Origin: Haliotis rufescens
Taxonomy: Eukaryota
Direction of reading: 5' to 3'
DNA length: 64,000 bases
Assembly (NCBI RefSeq): GCF_023055435.1
Contig: NW_025964046.1
Coordinates: 2,604,001-2,668,000 of the forward strand
The position numbers and the translations under genes are program-made. Positions 25,101-39,653 of this stretch are shown here, one piece after another. The notes under the pieces were generated by a model. It made no database searches. It was not told the origin of the DNA and saw only the letters and a list, made by a program, of their open reading frames with translations. The stretch's first letter is position 1; each line of letters opens with the position of its first letter.

Positions 25101-27720
25101 ACAGCGGGGTCAGACGTATATTTCAACAACAGGGGCTCTGACAAGTATTTCAAGAACAGGGGTTCAGACGTATATTTCACCAACAGGGGGAATGACGTAT
25201 ATTTCAAAAACAGGGGGGTCAGACAAGTATTTCAAGAACAGGGGTTCAGACGTTTATTTCAAAAACAGGGGCTCAGACAAGTATTTCAACAACAGGGGTT
25301 CAGACGTATATTTCACCAACAGGGGGTCAGACGTATATTTTAAAGCAGGGGGCTCAGACGTATATTTCAACAACAGGGGCTCAGACAAGTATTTCACAGG
25401 GGGGCTGACGTTTAATTCAACAACAGGGGCTCAGACAAGTATTTCAAGAACAGGGGGTCTGACGTTTATTTCAACAACAGGGGCTCAGACAAGTATTTCA
25501 AGAACAGGGGTTCAGACGTTTATATCAAAAACAGGCGGGTCAGACGTATATTTCAACAACAGGAGATCGGACGGGTGTTTCAACAACAGATGGTCAGACG
25601 TATATTTCAACAACAGGGGCTCAGATGTTTATTTCAAAAACAGGGGGGTCAGACGTATATTTCAACAACAGGGGGTCACACGTCTATTTCAACAACAGGG
25701 GCTCAGACGTTTATATCAAAAACAGGGGGGTCGGACGTATATTTCAACAACAGGGGCTCAGACAAGTATTTCAAGAACAGGGGTTCAGACGTTTATATCA
25801 AAAACAGGCGGGTCAGACGTATATTTCAACAACAGGAGATCGGACGGGTGTTTCAACAACAGATGGTCAGACGTATATTTCAACAACAGGGGCTCAGATG
25901 TTTATTTCAAAAACAGGGGGGTCAGACGTATATTTCAACAACAGGGGGTCACACGTCTATTTCAACAACAGGGGCTCAGACGTTTATATCAAAAACAGGG
26001 GGGTCGGACGTATATTTCAACAACAGGGGCTCAGACAAGTATTTCAAGAACAGGGAGCCAGACGTATATTTCAACAACAGGGGTTCAGACGTTTATTTAA
26101 AAAACAGGGGGGTCAGACGTATATTTCAACAACAGGGGGTCACACGTCTATTTCAACAACAGGGGCTCAGACGTTTATATCAAAAACAGGGGGGTCGGAC
26201 GTATATTTCAACAACAGGGGCTCAGACAAGTATTTCAAGAACAGGGGTTCAGACGTATATTTCAACAACAGGGGTTCAGACGTTTATTTAAAAAACAGGG
26301 GGTCAGACGTATATTTTAACAACAGGGGCTCAGACGTTTATTTCAAAAACAGGGGGGTCAGACGTATATTTCACCAACAGGGGGTCTGACGTATATTTCA
26401 ACAACAGGGGGTCAGACCTATATTTCAACAACAGGGGATCGAACGATTGTTTCAACAACAGGGGGTCAGACGTATATTTCAACAACAGGCGCTCAGACGT
26501 TTATTTAAAAAACAGGGGGGTCAGACGTATGTTTCAAGAACAGGGGGGGTCAGACGTATATTTCAACAACAGGGGGTCAGACGTATATTTCAACAACAGG
26601 GGGTCTGACGTATATTTCAAAAACAGGTGGTCACACGTATATTTCAACAACAGGGGGTCAGACGTATATTTCAACAACATTTGGTCACACGTATATTTGA
26701 ACAACAGGGGTTCAGACGTATATTTCAACAACAGGGGGTCAGACGTATATTTCAAGAACAGGGGATCGGACGACTGTTTCAACGACAGGGGGTCAGACGT
26801 ATATTTCAACAACAGGGGCTCAGACGTTTATTTCAAAAACAGGGGGGTCAGACGTATATTTCAACAACAGGGGATCGGACGACTGTTTCAACAACAGGGG
26901 GTCAGACGTATATTTCAACAACAGGGGCTCAGACGTTTATTTCAAAAACAGGGGGTCAGACTTTTATTTCAACAACAGGTGGGTCAGACGTATATTTCAA
27001 CAACATGGGGTCTGACGTATATTTCAACAACAGGGGGTCAGACGTATATTTCAACAACAGGGGGCTCAGACGTCTATTTCAACAACAGGGGTTCAGACGT
27101 TTATATCAATAACAGGGGGGTCAGACGTATATTTCAACAAGACGGGCTCAGACAAGTATTTCAAGAACAGGGGGCCAGACGTATATTTCAAGAACAGGGG
27201 GTCAGACGTATATTTCAAGAACAGGGGATCGGACGACTGTTTCAACGACAGGGGGTCAGACGTATATTTCAACAACAGGGGCTCAGACGTTTATTTCAAA
27301 AACAGGGGGGTCAGACGTATATTTCAACAATAGGGGGTCACACGTATATTTCAACAACAGGGGGTCAGACGTTTATTTCAACAACAGGGGCTCAGACAAG
27401 TATTTCAAGAACAGGGGTTCAGACGTTTATATCCAAAACAGGGGTGTCAGACGTATATTTCAACAACAGGGGCTCAGACAAGTATTTCAACAACAGGGGG
27501 ATCAGACAAGTATTTCAAGAACAGGGGTTCAGACGTATATTTCAGCAACAGGGGCTCAGTCGTAAATTTCAACAACAGAGGGTAAGACGTATATTTCAAC
27601 AACAGGGGATCGGACGAGTGTTTCAACAACAGGGGGTCAGACGTATATTTCACCAACAGGGGGTCAGACGTATATTTCAACAACAGGGTGTCAGACGAGT
27701 ATTTCAACAACATTGGGACG
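22124..27720. repeat. 27-bp minisatellite array 3 (~5.6 kb)
   Basis: Same unit, with internal block duplications. Confidence 0.95.
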
Positions 27721-28772
27721 TGTAAGGATCGCAATAAATTTCTATGTCAAATCATTTAAGATCAAAAGTTTTTATTCACATTCTCATTTCCATTCTCATT
27801 CTCAATTGTTCATATGTCATATGTCAAACATCATATTTCATGGAGAATATAATTCAATGTTATTGTTAGTTCATGTTCAATTATGGGGGCGGTCGGGTAG
27901 GCTAGTGGTTAAAGCGTTCGCTCGTCACGCCGAAGACCCGGGTTCGATTACCGACATGGGTACAATGTGTGAAGCCCATTTCTGGTGTCCCCCGCCGTGA
28001 TATTGCTGGAATATTGCTAAAAGCGGCGTAAAACCATACTCACTCACTCACTCACTCATGTTCAAATAAAGTTCATAATATGTATCACATCTTATCATCA
28101 TCAATTATCAACAAATACCCAAAACCTTCTCCTCGTTGGAGTTGGAAGATTGACTGCAAAGGAAAAATAAACAATAATAAGTTTGCAGTTCAATATGTAA
28201 ACAAAACAATAACAATGTATAAAAATTACTGAAACAACAAAAGTTGACAAAAGACATTTAATTGTACCAAAATAATTACAAGAGCATTTGCACAGAACGA
28301 AAATGCATAATATAATGTTATATGATGTAATTTAAATTGAAAATACTTGATGAAAATACAACTTTACTAGAATGTAAACATTAGTGATTGAAAACTGAAC
28401 ACATTATCTTTACGTCAGAAAAAAAAGGTTACAAATACAACATTTTGGGAATTAAAATTGCTACAGAAATATATTGACAATGGAAAAGAAATACAAATGC
28501 ATGAAAACACACCATTTTGGCAGACCCATATTCTTTTAATTCATTATTTTCTTATTTTTGACCGCATGGGTCCTAATTCTCTCAATGCATAAACTAAAAA
28601 GCATGGCATTAAGCCTTAACAGACTTACGTCCCTTGGTATCCTGAAGGATACATTAAAAAACACTCTTTTTACTGCTAAATTTGGAATGAAAATTGAAGA
28701 AAACTTTTAACTTTAATAATTTGGAGAAAATAATAGAAATTATTTTAGAGATGCTATTTTTTTACCGTAACA
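27721..28772. mobile_element. Solo-LTR-like TGT...ACA element, copy 3
   Basis: Same termini and GGACG TSD. Confidence 0.7.
27884..28055 (+). mobile_element. tRNA-derived SINE (duplicated with the cassette)
   Basis: Same sequence and site. Confidence 0.85.
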
Positions 28773-29166
28773 GGACGAGTATTTCCACAACATGTGGTGG
28801 GACGAGTATTTCAACAACAGGGGGGGGGGGGGGGGGGGCAGACGAGTATTTCAACATGTGTTTGGACGAGTATTTCAACAACATGTGTTTGGACCAGTAT
28901 TTCGGGGCACTCAGCCATCAGATTCCATCTCTCTGGCAACACAGGGATGCAACCTTCGGGAAATAGGTTGCCCAATTTCGCCATCTCTTTCAACCAGCAG
29001 GTGGATAAAAGGGGCAACCCCCGACCCTGGGTTCCCACGGGCAAACAGTATAAGTATATTTCATGAAGTAACTGTTCAAACAAATAACATTGTTCGGATA
29101 TGACAGAACCAGATGATTTATACTACACAGAAAGGGTTTTAGTCAGTGACATATTTTACATTTAAC

Positions 29167-31728
29167 CTATACTGCTTGTGTCAGAATTCTGTCCCTTACA
29201 TGGACCCATACATCACTGTGAGGATCAGGAAAGTCATCTAGTTGGATGATATCCTCCTCGTCAGTTACATTCAGCAGCAGTTCAGGTAGTCGACCACGGT
29301 TCACGTTTCCCACCATGAGCAGAATCACTCTGTTAGGGTTGAGGTTGGAAATGTAGTAAGCTGTTGACTTAATGATAAAGTAGGACCAGGGGTCATCCAG
29401 GAAATCGTCGGACACAACCAGTACTGTCTTCCAGCTTTTGTTAATACTTTCTACAACATGGTCAGCTACGTAAGGACCAGGTAGGAAATCTCTGTCGGGA
29501 AGAATAAGCTTCAGTCCAAGTAGATCCTCCAGCCCTATACGTAGATCTTGCATTACAAACTGAAGCTCTTCATCCGAGTGGGCTACGTAAGCATCTTTGT
29601 TGAAGTTTTGTCTAGTGACCCGCTGGATCCCACGACCCATGAGGACCAAAATGTGATGTGCAATCCTTGTCCAGTTCCGTGACACCAGCATGGCAGACAC
29701 AAGTAGAAGAGCTATTAAACACATCAGTGTTATAGAGACTGGCAGCCAAAATCGACCTTGACATGAAGTCCAGTGGTAATTAAGCTCGTTGTACACTGTG
29801 TGGGTTGTTGTAAGAGCACCATATTCAGTAACACATGAATAGTTCCCATTGCTGTCAAAGGTAACCGACGATGAAAATATCCACCGAACAAACAAGAGAG
29901 ACTGGCATGAGCAGGAGAGAGGGTTTCCCTTCAGCCTCAGGACCAGCTTGTTCTTCTGTCCGAGACTCTCCAACATATCCATTGTGTCGTCGTCAAAGTA
30001 GGTGATGGAGTTCACTGATAGGTCCAGGATGTGCAGGTCAGGCAGGTCATTGTTTTCAAAAGGAACAGACACAAGGTTATTTCTGGACACATTCAGACTA
30101 ATCAGTGTCCTGATGGACCCCATATCCATATAACGTATCTCATTCCCTACTATATCTAAATAACGTAAAGCATGCATCGTCTTTAGTCCCTCCAGTACTG
30201 ACCCTCCTCTTCTGAGTGTTTCCTTGTCGAAGCCCATATTGTTCAATGCAAGAGACGTCATATTTGGAAATGAGAGCAAGAAATCTTTTGTCATACCCCT
30301 ACCTTCATTGCCAGAAAGATCGACTTCATTTAAGAAGCTCAACCCGTTAATTTGCTTTACAAAGCCCCACGCTCCATTGTAGGACAGATCTAATTTTGCT
30401 AAATGTGACGAACCTGTAATACCCGTTATAAAAAACTCCCCAAAATAACTAGTTATTCCCCTTAATATACAGATACGTAGATTAGGAAGAAAACGTATTC
30501 CCGCCCCTACTGATTCTAACTTTGATACAGAACAATTTTCGGGACTAATTCTGTGCCTATAAAGATTATAGAGTCCGTTGTCAGTCACTTTAATTTGAGA
30601 TTTTAAACTGCCTTGTCCTAAGTCATACCTGCGTTTAATAAATTTATGTTGATCAGAAGCATCTAAAAACAACAGATGTTTACATAAACTCATTTGGAGA
30701 AATATAGCTTCATCCCCTAAAATATTGTTATTTGATAAATCTAGATATTTAATACAACGCGAAAGGACAAGTATTGAATTTTCAGCAAGGTAAATAATGT
30801 TGTTATAGCTGAGATCCAGATGTTCGATGCAAATATGTGTCAGATAAATTAGTGTTTCCTTGGTTATAAGCTGGCTTTGAAGGTTTCGATTTCGACTGAC
30901 ATATTTGTTGGAATTTCTCATGAGAACTTGAGATACGTTTTTACCATTAAGGCCATAGAACGCACGTAGAGCCGTAGCAGTTGGTAAGGTCATTACGTTT
31001 TCCAGAACTATTTTGGAAATATTTTTGAAAGGTAGAAATGCTCCAGCATGAATTGCAAGAAGTTTGGAATCTTTTACATTCAGCACCTGTACAGATGTAT
31101 TCTCAAAAACGGAGAATGTGTGGTTTTGTAAAACGGTAATAGCACTGTAAATACAGTCATCATCAGATCCAGTCCCTATATTCAAAGTTACCAGTTTTTG
31201 CAAATACCCAAATCCACTTCCAAATATTTCTCGTTGGAACGTATCAATTGTCAGTGTTTCTAAATGTATTAACCATTTGAATATCCAATCCGGAGTAGTT
31301 CCTCTTATACGGCAGTCGTTGTTACCAATGTTCAACCCTGTAAGACTTTGTAGAGGACGGAAGACATCTTCTGGATAGGTCTGATTGTCCAGTTGGAGAT
31401 TATTGTTATTAAGGCGTAAACTGAGAAGGGGGAATAAACTTTTAAATGCGTTTGCTTCCAACCGTGATACTTGACAGTTTACAATGTTCAAATACAACAA
31501 TCGGGGAAGACGCACAAACGCCTGGTCCCTGAGAACCGTTATGTTGTTCCCGCTGAGTTCCAGACTGACAGTGTTGGGAGGGAGATCACCAGGAACAGAG
31601 GTAAGGTTAAGGTTCTGACAGTCAACACGGCTGCCACCAAGCTGGGGGTCTGGCTTTATTTGACATGTCTTCTGGCTTGCAGAAGAGGTCACATTTAGTG
31701 TCAGGATAAGGCCACAGATGATCTTCAT
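29167..31728 (-). CDS. Toll-like receptor copy 4, intact, 853 aa
   Basis: Full LRR-TM-TIR ORF, near identical to copy 3. Confidence 0.95.
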   Translation of the reverse strand: MKIICGLILTLNVTSSASQKTCQIKPDPQLGGSRVDCQNLNLTSVPGDLPPNTVSLELSGNNITVLRDQAFVRLPRLLYLNIVNCQVSRLEANAFKSLFPLLSLRLNNNNLQLDNQTYPEDVFRPLQSLTGLNIGNNDCRIRGTTPDWIFKWLIHLETLTIDTFQREIFGSGFGYLQKLVTLNIGTGSDDDCIYSAITVLQNHTFSVFENTSVQVLNVKDSKLLAIHAGAFLPFKNISKIVLENVMTLPTATALRAFYGLNGKNVSQVLMRNSNKYVSRNRNLQSQLITKETLIYLTHICIEHLDLSYNNIIYLAENSILVLSRCIKYLDLSNNNILGDEAIFLQMSLCKHLLFLDASDQHKFIKRRYDLGQGSLKSQIKVTDNGLYNLYRHRISPENCSVSKLESVGAGIRFLPNLRICILRGITSYFGEFFITGITGSSHLAKLDLSYNGAWGFVKQINGLSFLNEVDLSGNEGRGMTKDFLLSFPNMTSLALNNMGFDKETLRRGGSVLEGLKTMHALRYLDIVGNEIRYMDMGSIRTLISLNVSRNNLVSVPFENNDLPDLHILDLSVNSITYFDDDTMDMLESLGQKNKLVLRLKGNPLSCSCQSLLFVRWIFSSSVTFDSNGNYSCVTEYGALTTTHTVYNELNYHWTSCQGRFWLPVSITLMCLIALLLVSAMLVSRNWTRIAHHILVLMGRGIQRVTRQNFNKDAYVAHSDEELQFVMQDLRIGLEDLLGLKLILPDRDFLPGPYVADHVVESINKSWKTVLVVSDDFLDDPWSYFIIKSTAYYISNLNPNRVILLMVGNVNRGRLPELLLNVTDEEDIIQLDDFPDPHSDVWVHVRDRILTQAV

Positions 31729-32692
31729 TGTGATGGCAATTTGAAATGACCTCAGGTCTGCTCCGTGTTGCAGGTCTTGTTGTCAGTTTTAGTTGGAGCC
31801 TGGAATGTTTGAAAAATTGGTCACAAGGCTCACGACATCATACATGTCAAAATGCAGTATAATAAAATGTAAACAAGAATGCGCCAAAGTTGCCTTCCTA
31901 CGAGCATCCACATCGGATTACACTCAATCAGTCATATGCTTACTTGAGGACTGAACTTAAGTATCAAAGTGATTGCTATGGATGGGGAGTCTGGACTAAT
32001 TTAACTTTTTGACAGAACTTCAGTTATACCACGGATTATCAGCATAATGCAACAGTGAGAATCTAAGGGACGGACCATTTGATATTCTGGTGGAGGCCTG
32101 GGATTTTTATTCGAGTCCCTTTACAAGTTTAGTAAAAAAAATGAAACGTTCGCTCGTCATGCCGTACAATGTGTGACCCCCATGTCTGGTGTACCCCACA
32201 GTGATATTGCTGGTTAATTGCGTAAAGCGGCGTTAAATCAAACTCACTCGCATCGCCAGAGAATAACCAAATCCGCACGCACATGTTGCGTCTACGACAG
32301 TTAAACTATTGCACAGGGTAACACTTAATGGTGGGTTCAGCTATCCTAAACCGCTTATATGTCCGTCCGAGAAAGTACGTTTTCACAAACGTTACAGGAA
32401 ACAAATTTAATGCGAGTCATCAATACGAAGCCAAAGCAAGCTTTTACAAAACAATAAATTTCCTGAACTGTTTAGTGAAAACACGCATGTTTGGAACAAC
32501 ATAAACCATATTAATTTCAATTCATTCCCTGTTGTCCCCTTGCGCAGTGTTTTTTGACTTCTATGCGATTACCTCCCTAACATACTGAATTTGATAAACA
32601 CTGTCTTTCAACAGTATGTGAGCGCAGTAGCCTATTCAGGCTTTTTTCTCATCCGATGTCTACATCCTACTACATATAGGACACATTGTAAT

Positions 32693-32825
32693 NNNNNNNN
32701 NNNNNNNNNNNNNNNNNNNNNNNNNNNNNNNNNNNNNNNNNNNNNNNNNNNNNNNNNNNNNNNNNNNNNNNNNNNNNNNNNNNNNNNNNNNNNNNNNNNN
32801 NNNNNNNNNNNNNNNNNNNNNNNNN
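32693..32825. other. 133-N run
   Basis: N bases. Confidence 0.99.
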
Positions 32826-35107
32826 CTCTTCCTCTCTAGCTCTCCCTCCCTCCCCCTCCCTCCCCTCTCTCTCCTCTCTCTTTCACACTCTCTCTCTCTC
32901 TCTCTCTCTCAAGCTCTCTCACTCTGTGTGTGTGAATCAGAGATTCGTATATGTATATTAACAACTAACAGATAAACAATACCCTGTAACATTGGTTTCA
33001 ATAGACGTACCTGCTACCATGCTCCTCGCACTGAATCCAAACAAATCCTCACCTCATTTGTGACCCTGTTTAAGTGAAACTGTAGAACTACTTCCGCCTA
33101 ACACATACACGTGAAACTGTAGAACTACTTCTGCCTAACACATACTGTTGCGTGTTAATGTCCATGTTTCGCTAGGGCTGATGGTAAAAAGGAACAGATG
33201 CATTTACCATCATCATCTTCGCCTAAATCCAACAATCCCAGTTTTCACAATGATATAAGAACTACTTAAAAAAGGATATGATCATTATTGTTCTAATTAA
33301 AATCCTCAAAGTTTTATTTTTAAGTCTTACATAACTCAACTTAGTTTCTAAAAAGCCCAGACTCAGCTATGTTAGAAAATACTAGTTTCAATCTTAAACA
33401 CCTCATTGGCGAAAATAACAGTGTTTTGTATTTAACATGTTCTACCTGATTTTACTATAAAAGATTTGTGTCATAACAATATTTATGAACGAAATTATGC
33501 CAATGAATACAACTTCTTATGGTAGGCTGGCTTACAAAGCAGGAGCTTATGTTGAAACTACGTTTGGGAATGTATTGGGCATTGTCCAATGCGGGCGAAA
33601 TCTATTTGCTTGGCTGGCCAGTGTTAGATTTACAAATTTAGTCACTGGCATCTAAATGCGGAGTCAGGATTTTAGAAAATATGTATATTTTCGAAATAGT
33701 ATGAAGTATCATGATTGAAATAGGTTTCATAATTTTTTATTTCTTAAAAAAAGAATTCTTCCCATTCTATTTCATAAAATGTCAAAATTTATGTCTATTT
33801 GGTAACTACGTACTCCAGTCTGTTTCGTTTTTTTCAATGATCATAGTTTTCGTTTTTCCCGGTGTTCTCCACACACAGCCCACGTGAGGTCCATGTGGGG
33901 TTTGACACTTTTACGATATGGCAGCAAAAATTCATAATTTCCCCGTTATAATCGCACGATGTTTGTTTAATATCAGTCTGCAACCCAATCTGTGCCCCAC
34001 CACGAAAACAATGACGTAGCACTCACCTGACCTATCACGTATCACACCTGTGAACCTAGTACAACCTACTACGTAGCACACACCTGTACACACTTGACAT
34101 TCACAATGGCGGAATATTTGATGATTTTTGATCTGAATAGTTTCGTGAATACTGTACATAAATGACAAACGACTATATCAGGTGAAATTACATTTAATTT
34201 CTCAATTATTCTCACTTTATACAAATAATAATTGTCTTTGACGACATGAATCTTAAGCTCAGATTGTTAATCGCTAAAAATGCGATGTAACGTGCGTATT
34301 GTTGAAACACTGAGTCTCCGGAGAAGTGAATTGCCATTTTTCTGTAATGTCATTTTACCAAAATAGAATTCTTCGATATTTATCGATTATTGATCGATAT
34401 GTGACTACCGATAATCGATCTGAGTAATCCATAACGATAACCAGCCCTAGAAATTATAAGATGTATATCACGGCGGGAATAAAGTAGAGAAATACTTCTG
34501 GAAAATATGCTTCCTTGTTTGGGTTGGAATAACAGTAAAACCAATTACCAGGGTTCGTGTTCGTCCTCGTTATTTCTGACTCCCGTGTGAAAAATCAGTA
34601 TCGGACTCTATAAGGACAAATACTTTTAACACACTTAACATAACGATTCTTTCAATAGGCGTACCTGCTACGACGTTTCTCACAAGGAATGAACAAAGCC
34701 CTTACCCCTCTCGTGTCCTGATTGAGGCTGGTTGATAAACATTCCCAAACCCAATGCTAGTGACATCCTGCTGCATATAGGACACATATTGATTCTTCGG
34801 ATAGTGTGTATCACATAACATTTGCTTCAATAGACGTTCCTGCTCTCATGTTCCTCGCGTTGGGTGACCATGGTTATGTGCGACCGGTGTATAAATACTT
34901 GTGCGTTGATGTGTGTACAATGTACATATATTGCGAGGGCTGAGTCATCTCAAAGCATAGGATTTTGTAAGAGGTGGGTGTGGCACATATTGCACTTGAT
35001 GAAACTAACCTTCAGTGAATGTATGTGTTTACAGAAGGGCGCCGTATTCTGTCTGTTTGTGTGAGCGCGTCATAAAACCTTTTCAGCTGAGGGCAGTTGA
35101 GGGGGCA

Positions 35108-38100
35108 TGCAAGTATTTCAACAACATGTGGTTGGACGAGTACTTCAACAGCATGTGGTTGGACGGGTATTTCAACAAGATGTGGTTGGACGGGTATTTC
35201 AACAACCTGTGGTCGGACGAGTATTTCAACAACAGTGGATCGGACGACTGTTTCAACAACAGGGGGCCAGACGTATATTTCAACAACAGGGGTTCAGACG
35301 TATATTTAAAAAACAGGGGGGTCAGACGTATATTTCAACAACAGGGGCTCAGACAAGTATTTCAACAACAGGGGATCGGACGACTGTTTCAACAACAGGG
35401 GGTCAGACGTATGATTCAACAACAGGGGCTCAGACGTTTATTTCAAAAACAGGGGGGTCAGACGTTTATTTCAAAAACAGGGGGTCAGACGTATATTTCA
35501 ACAACAGGGGCTCAGACGTATATTTAAACAACAGGGGGTCAGACGTTTATTTCAACAACAGGGGGGTCAGACGTATATTTCAACAACAGGGGATCGGACA
35601 AGTATTTCAAGAACAGGGGTTCAGACGTATATTTCAACAACAGGGGTTCAGACGTTTATTTAAAAAACAGGGGGGTCAGACGTATATTTCAACAACAGGG
35701 GCTCAGACAAGTATTTCAACAACAGGGGATCGGACGACTGTTTCAACAACAGGGGGTCAGACGTATATTTCAAAAACAGGGGCTCAGACGTTTATTTCAA
35801 AAACAGGGGGGTCAGACTTATATTTCAACAACAGGGGCTCAGACGTATATTTCAACAACAGGGGGTCAGACGTTTATTTCAACAACAGGGGGTCAGACGT
35901 ATATTTCAACAACAGGGGGTCAGACAAGTATTTCAAGAACAGAGATTCAGACGTATATTTCAACAACAGGCGTTCAGACGTTTATTTCAACAACAGCGGG
36001 GTCAGACGTATATTTCAACAACAGGGGCTCAGACAAGTATTTCAAGAACAGGGGTTCAGACGTATATGTAAACAACAGGGGGTATGACGTATATTTCAAA
36101 AACAGCGGGGTCAGACAAGTATTTCAAGAACAGGGGTTCGGACGTTTATTTCAAAAACAGGGGGGTCAGACGTATATTTCAACAACAGGGGCTCAGACAA
36201 GTATTTCAACAACAGGGGTTCAGACGTATATTTCACCAACAGGGGGTCTGACGTATATTTCAAAAACAGGGGGCTCAGACGTATATTTCAAGAACAGGGG
36301 CTCAGACAAGTATTTCAAGAACAGGGGATCAGACGTATATTACACCAACAGGGGGTCTGACGTTTATTTCAAGAACAGGGGGTCAGACAAGTATTTCAAG
36401 AACAGGGGTTCAGACGTTTATTTCAAAAACAGGGGGGTCAGATGTATATTTCAACAACAGGGGCTCAGACAAGTATTTCAACAACAGGGGTTCAGACGTT
36501 TATTTCAAAAACAGGGGGGTCAGATGTATATTTCAACAACAGGGGATCGGACGACTGTTTCAACAACAGGGGGTCAGACGTATATTTCAACAACAGGGGG
36601 TCACACGTATATTTCAACAACAGGGGTTCAGACGTTTATATCAATAACAGGGGGGTCAGACGTATATTTCAACAAGACGGGCTCAGACAAGTATTTCAAG
36701 AACAGGGGGCCAGACGTATATTTCAAGAACAGGGGGTCAGACGTATATTTCAAGAACAGGGGATCGGACGACTGTTTCAACGACAGGGGGTCAGACGTCT
36801 ATTTCAACAACAGGGGCTCAGACGTTTATTTCAAAAACAGGGGGGTCAGACGTATATTTCACCAACAGGGGGTCTGACGTATATTTCAACAACAGGGGGT
36901 CAGACCTATATTTCAACAACAGGGGATCGAACGATTGTTTCAACAACAGGGGGTCAGACGTATATTTCAACAACAGGCGCTCAGACGTTTATTTAAAAAA
37001 CAGGGGGGTCAGACGTATGTTTCAAGAACAGGGGGGGGTCAGACGTATATTTCAACAACAGGGGGTCAGACGTATATTTCAACAACAGGGGGTCTGACGT
37101 ATATTTCAAAAACAGGTGGTCACACGTATATTTCAACAACAGGGGGTCAGACGTATATTTCAACAACATTTGGTCACACGTATATTTGAACAACAGGGGT
37201 TCAGACGTATATTTCAACAACAGGGGGTCAGACGTATATTTCAAGAACAGGGGATCGGACGACTGTTTCAACGACAGGGGGTCAGACGTATATTTCAACA
37301 ACAGGGGCTCAGACGTTTATTTCAAAAACAGGGGGGTCAGACGTATATTTCAACAACAGGGGATCGGACGACTGTTTCAACAACAGGGGGTCAGACGTAT
37401 ATTTCAACAACAGGGGCTCAGACGTTTATTTCAAAAACAGGGGGTCAGACTTTTATTTCAACAACAGGTGGGTCAGACGTATATTTCAACAACATGGGGT
37501 CTGACGTATATTTCAACAACAGGGGGTCAGACGTATATTTCAACAACAGGGGGGTCAGACGTCTATTTCAACAACAGGGGTTCAGACGTTTATATCAATA
37601 ACAGGGGGGTCAGACGTATATTTCAACAAGACGGGCTCAGACAAGTATTTCAAGAACAGGGGGCCAGACGTATATTTCAAGAACAGGGGGTCAGACGTAT
37701 ATTTCAAGAACAGGGGATCGGACGACTGTTTCAACGACAGGGGGTCAGACGTATATTTCAACAACAGGGGCTCAGACGTTTATTTCAAAAACAGGGGGGT
37801 CAGACGTATATTTCAACAATAGGGGGTCACACGTATATTTCAACAACAGGGGGTCAGACGTTTATTTCAACAACAGGGGCTCAGACAAGTATTTCAAGAA
37901 CAGGGGTTCAGACGTTTATATCCAAAACAGGGGGGTCAGACGTATATTTCAACAACAGGGGCTCAGACAAGTATTTCAACAACAGGGGGATCAGACAAGT
38001 ATTTCAAGAACAGGGGTTCAGACGTATATTTCAGCAACAGGGGCTCAGTCGTAAATTTCAACAACAGAGGGTAAGACGTATATTTCAACAACAGGGGATC

Positions 38101-38209
38101 GGACGAGTGTTTCAACAACAGGGGGTCAGACGTATATTTCACCAACAGGGGGTCAGACGTATATTTCAACAACAGGGTGTCAGACGAGTATTTCAACAAC
38201 ATTGGGACG
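35108..38209. repeat. 27-bp minisatellite array 4 (~3.1 kb)
   Basis: Same unit. Confidence 0.95.
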
Positions 38210-39261
38210 TGTAAGGATCGCAATAAATTTCTATGTCAAATCATTTAAGATCAAAAGTTTTTATTCACATTCTCATTTCCATTCTCATTCTCAATTGTTC
38301 ATATGTCATATGTCAAACATCATATTTCATGGAGAATATAATTCAATGTTATTGTTAGTTCATGTTCAATTATGGGGGCGGTCGGGTAGGCTAGTGGTTA
38401 AAGCGTTCGCTCGTCACGCCGAAGACCCGGGTTCGATTACCGACATGGGTACAATGTGTGAAGCCCATTTCTGGTGTCCCCCGCCGTGATATTGCTGGAA
38501 TATTGCTAAAAGCGGCGTAAAACCATACTCACTCACTCACTCACTCATGTTCAAATAAAGTTCATAATATGTATCACATCTTATCATCATCAATTATCAA
38601 CAAATACCCAAAACCTTCTCCTCGTTGGAGTTGGAAGATTGACTGCAAAGGAAAAATAAACAATAATAAGTTTGCAGTTCAATATGTAAACAAAACAATA
38701 ACAATGTATAAAAATTACTGAAACAACAAAAGTTGACAAAAGACATTTAATTGTACCAAAATAATTACAAGAGCATTTGCACAGAACGAAAATGCATAAT
38801 ATAATGTTATATGATGTAATTTAAATTGAAAATACTTGATGAAAATACAACTTTACTAGAATGTAAACATTAGTGATTGAAAACTGAACACATTATCTTT
38901 ACGTCAGAAAAAAAAGGTTACAAATACAACATTTTGGGAATTAAAATTGCTACAGAAATATATTGACAATGGAAAAGAAATACAAATGCATGAAAACACA
39001 CCATTTTGGCAGACCCATATTCTTTTAATTCATTATTTTCTTATTTTTGACCGCATGGGTCCTAATTCTCTCAATGCATAAACTAAAAAGCATGGCATTA
39101 AGCCTTAACAGACTTACGTCCCTTGGTATCCTGAAGCATACATTAAAAAACACTCTTTTTACTGCTAAATTTGGAATGAAAATTGAAGAAAACTTTTAAC
39201 TTTAATAATTTGGAAAAAATAATAGAAATTATTTTAGAGATGCTATTTTTTTACCGTAACA
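38210..39261. mobile_element. Solo-LTR-like TGT...ACA element, copy 4
   Basis: Same termini and GGACG TSD. Confidence 0.7.
38373..38544 (+). mobile_element. tRNA-derived SINE (duplicated with the cassette)
   Basis: Same sequence and site. Confidence 0.85.
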
Positions 39262-39653
39262 GGACGAGTATTTCCACAACATGTGGTGGGACGAGTATTT
39301 CAACAACAGGGGGGGGGGGGGGGGGCAGACGAGTATTTCAACATGTGTTTGGACGAGTATTTCAACAACATGTGTTTGGACCAGTATTTCGGGGCACTCA
39401 GCCATCAGATTCCATCTCTCTGGCAACACAGGGATGCAACCTTCGGGAAATAGGTTGCCCAATTTCGCCATCTCTTTCAACCAGCAGGTGGATAAAAGGG
39501 GCAACCCCCGACCCTGGGTTCCCACGGGCAAACAGTATAAGTATATTTCATGAAGTAACTGTTCAAACAAATAACATTGTTCGGATATGACAGAACCAGA
39601 TGATTTATACTACACAGAAAGGGTTTTAGTCAGTGACATATTTTACATTTAAC

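Noticed and set aside
22124-27720. CRISPR-like appearance of the 27-bp repeats
   Set aside because: Units are contiguous with no unique spacers, there are no cas genes, and the context is eukaryotic
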